Below, one piece after another: positions 8,040 to 9,542 of a DNA stretch of 9,542 bases. The notes under the pieces were generated by a model, which saw only the letters and a program-made list of their open reading frames with translations, ran no database searches and had not been told where the DNA came from. The number at the start of each line of letters is the position of its first letter. The first letter of the stretch is position 1. Source of the stretch: Octopus sinensis. Its lineage: Eukaryota. The DNA lies in contig NW_021827800.1 in assembly GCF_006345805.1 (NCBI RefSeq), positions 1 through 9,542 of the forward strand, given 5' to 3'. The translations under genes and the position numbers were made by a program.

Positions 8040-8705
8040 CCACAACTGGGAGATAACAGTTTCTTTAAAATAGCCGCACTCTGCTTCCACCACGGCCGCA
8101 AGACGGCTCCAGAACCTGGCTTATGCGTTCTTCACTGTGTCCCTGCAAATATCTTCGAATATTTTTATCTTAGCCACCAGCACGGCCTTGGTGTCGCAGA
8201 CAGAGCGGTTGGTGTTTATCTCAACCGCGCCCCATGCATAGTAATCCATGGGGTTACGATTGTGGCAATTGGGAGGACAGAAATTGAAGGTGATGAAAGC
8301 CGAGCTGGCAGAAACGTTAGCACACCGGGCGAAATGCTCAGCGGTATTTCGTCTGCCGTTGCGTTCTGAGTTCAAATTCCGCCGAGGTCGACTTTGCCTT
8401 TCATCCTTTCGGGGTCGATAAATTAAGTACCAGTTACGCACTGGGGTCGATGTAATCGACTTAATCTGTTTGTCTGTTCTTGTTTGTCCCCTCTATGTTT
8501 AGCCCCTTGTGGGCAATAAAGAAATAAGAAATTGAGGCTGATGTAGTCGTAAACATTCTCCGACAACCTCTTCTTGGCAAGGAGCCGAATCCTGCAGCCA
8601 TCCGGTGGCAACACTCTCTCACCAGGATTTGACAAAAGTCTCCAGCAGGCTATTCCTGAAAAAAGGAAACATTAAAAAATCGTCAAATTTAGCCCGAACA
8701 CCCTG
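8040..8705 (-). mobile_element. Internally deleted, decayed Tc1/mariner transposon (DD37D maT/mori-like), interrupted by a SINE
   Basis: Minus-strand terminus TA-CAGGGTGTTCGGGCTAAATTTGACG at 8707-8681. Transposase C-terminal remnants LLETFVKSW...QDSAPC...KRLSENVYD [SINE] FITFNFCPPNCHNRNPMDYYAWGAVEINTNRSVCDTKAVLVAKIK...DTVKNA...VVEAECGYF. The QDSAP and NPMDY catalytic-aspartate motifs are typical of DD37D transposases. Left boundary is approximate and no second TIR was seen. Confidence 0.85.
8298..8527 (+). mobile_element. Well-preserved tRNA-derived SINE with A-rich tail and 18-bp target-site duplication
   Basis: A box TGGCAGAAACG 8306-8316, B box GAGTTCAAATTCC 8368-8380, tail AATAAAGAAATAA. 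Flanks GAAATTGAAGGTGATGAA (8280-8297) and GAAATTGAGGCTGATGTA (8528-8545), 15/18 identical. Confidence 0.93.
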
Positions 8706-9191
8706 TATAACATGCTTTCGTTATTTCCTAAATAGTTTCTATTTACATAGACGTTTACTGTAGTAATTATTCAATGTCAACTTTTATCTCAATTCAACAC
8801 TGAATCTCCTGTCTTTAAGAAACCTAGAAAATAAATCTTGAGGAAAGTTTTAGCGAAGTACTTCAGCTCAATGATAACGTTTCTATCGTTGATTTGGGCA
8901 GAGAAAGCAAATTATCGATTTTGTGTCCACAGTGAGTCTGAAAACGCGGAAGTAAATAATCATGGAATGACTGCTTATAGAATCGCATATCGTAGTGTAA
9001 AATATCGAAGAGTAACATTTCATATAGTGGCTAAATAGAAGAGGTAGTACATCGTTAAGACATATCATTGGGTGATACACAGTAGAGTAATATCATATAA
9101 TGCTTCATTCAAGAGTATAATATCATAGGGTGAGACGCTGTGGAATAACATCAAGATAGCGTAATCTTGATAGTATATGCGTGAAGATAAC

Positions 9192-9206
9192 ATAGATAGA
9201 TAGATT

Positions 9207-9249
<43 letters not shown>

Positions 9250-9307
9250 GAATACATACATACATACATACATACATACATACATACATACATACATACA
9301 TACATAC
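9192..9307. repeat. Compound (TAGA)n-(TACA)n microsatellite
   Basis: TAGA ~9192-9249, TACA ~9253-9307. Confidence 0.97.
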
Positions 9308-9542
9308 AGGAACAGGAGATTGCCACAAAGTAACTGATGAACAAGAAAGTGACACTTGTAATCCCAAGGTGCAACTGCATGTGTAGATTATGTCATGTTT
9401 CCGTGGAAGAGATTACGTATGTGATTAGCAGTTGTCCTAAAATGTCGTCACGGTACTACCTCCCTGTGCGGCATGATGTTGCTAAAACAATTTACAATGC
9501 CATCCGCAAAAAATACTGTCCCGAAATAACTTAGACAGTCCC
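9304..9542 (+). mobile_element. Decayed RLE-clade non-LTR retrotransposon fragment: CCHC zinc knuckle plus RHD motif
   Basis: IQEQEIATK*LMNKK...CRLCHVSVEEITYVISSCPKMSSRYYLPVRHDVAKTIYNAIRKK gives C-X2-C-X8-(H to Y)-X4-C followed by RHD, the motif pair preceding the restriction-like endonuclease in R2/R4/NeSL-type elements. In-frame stop at 9331-9333. Confidence 0.85.

Noticed and set aside
8298-8385. A/B-box-containing segments (also 6910-6986 and 5106-5168) as tRNA genes
   Set aside because: No cloverleaf, and they continue into SINE bodies and tails, so they are tRNA-derived SINE heads.
9062-9153. Spaced direct repeats as a CRISPR-like array
   Set aside because: Only two copies at 27/34 identity, in a eukaryotic repeat context with no cas-like sequence.
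9325-9365. CTGATGA-ACAA-GAAA as a minimal hammerhead
   Set aside because: No stem II or stem I, and the bases are codons (L-M-N-K-K) of the retrotransposon frame.

Overview
AT-rich, microsatellite-dense eukaryotic DNA made almost entirely of decayed mobile elements. The tRNA-derived SINE families match, from my recall and not from a search, those abundant in octopus genomes, so a cephalopod intron or intergenic region is likely. No intact protein-coding gene is present and most ORFs in the track are microsatellite artefacts. Contents: two fragments of R4/Dong-like (restriction-like endonuclease) non-LTR retrotransposons at the window ends; a decayed Penelope-like element (PLE) endonuclease region on the minus strand (~1834-2460); a type I hammerhead ribozyme fold on the plus strand (2674-2730) with two lesions, at the PLE 5' side and antisense to it; four SINE copies; a probable non-autonomous Helitron-like element; a 140-bp Tc1/mariner MITE with TA target duplication; an internally deleted DD37D-like Tc1/mariner transposon interrupted by a SINE with an 18-bp target-site duplication; and one unverified candidate 141-nt host exon (7391-7531, minus). 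The hammerhead/PLE arrangement is the most notable signal. It fits known PLE biology and is probably a fossil, not a wholly new system.
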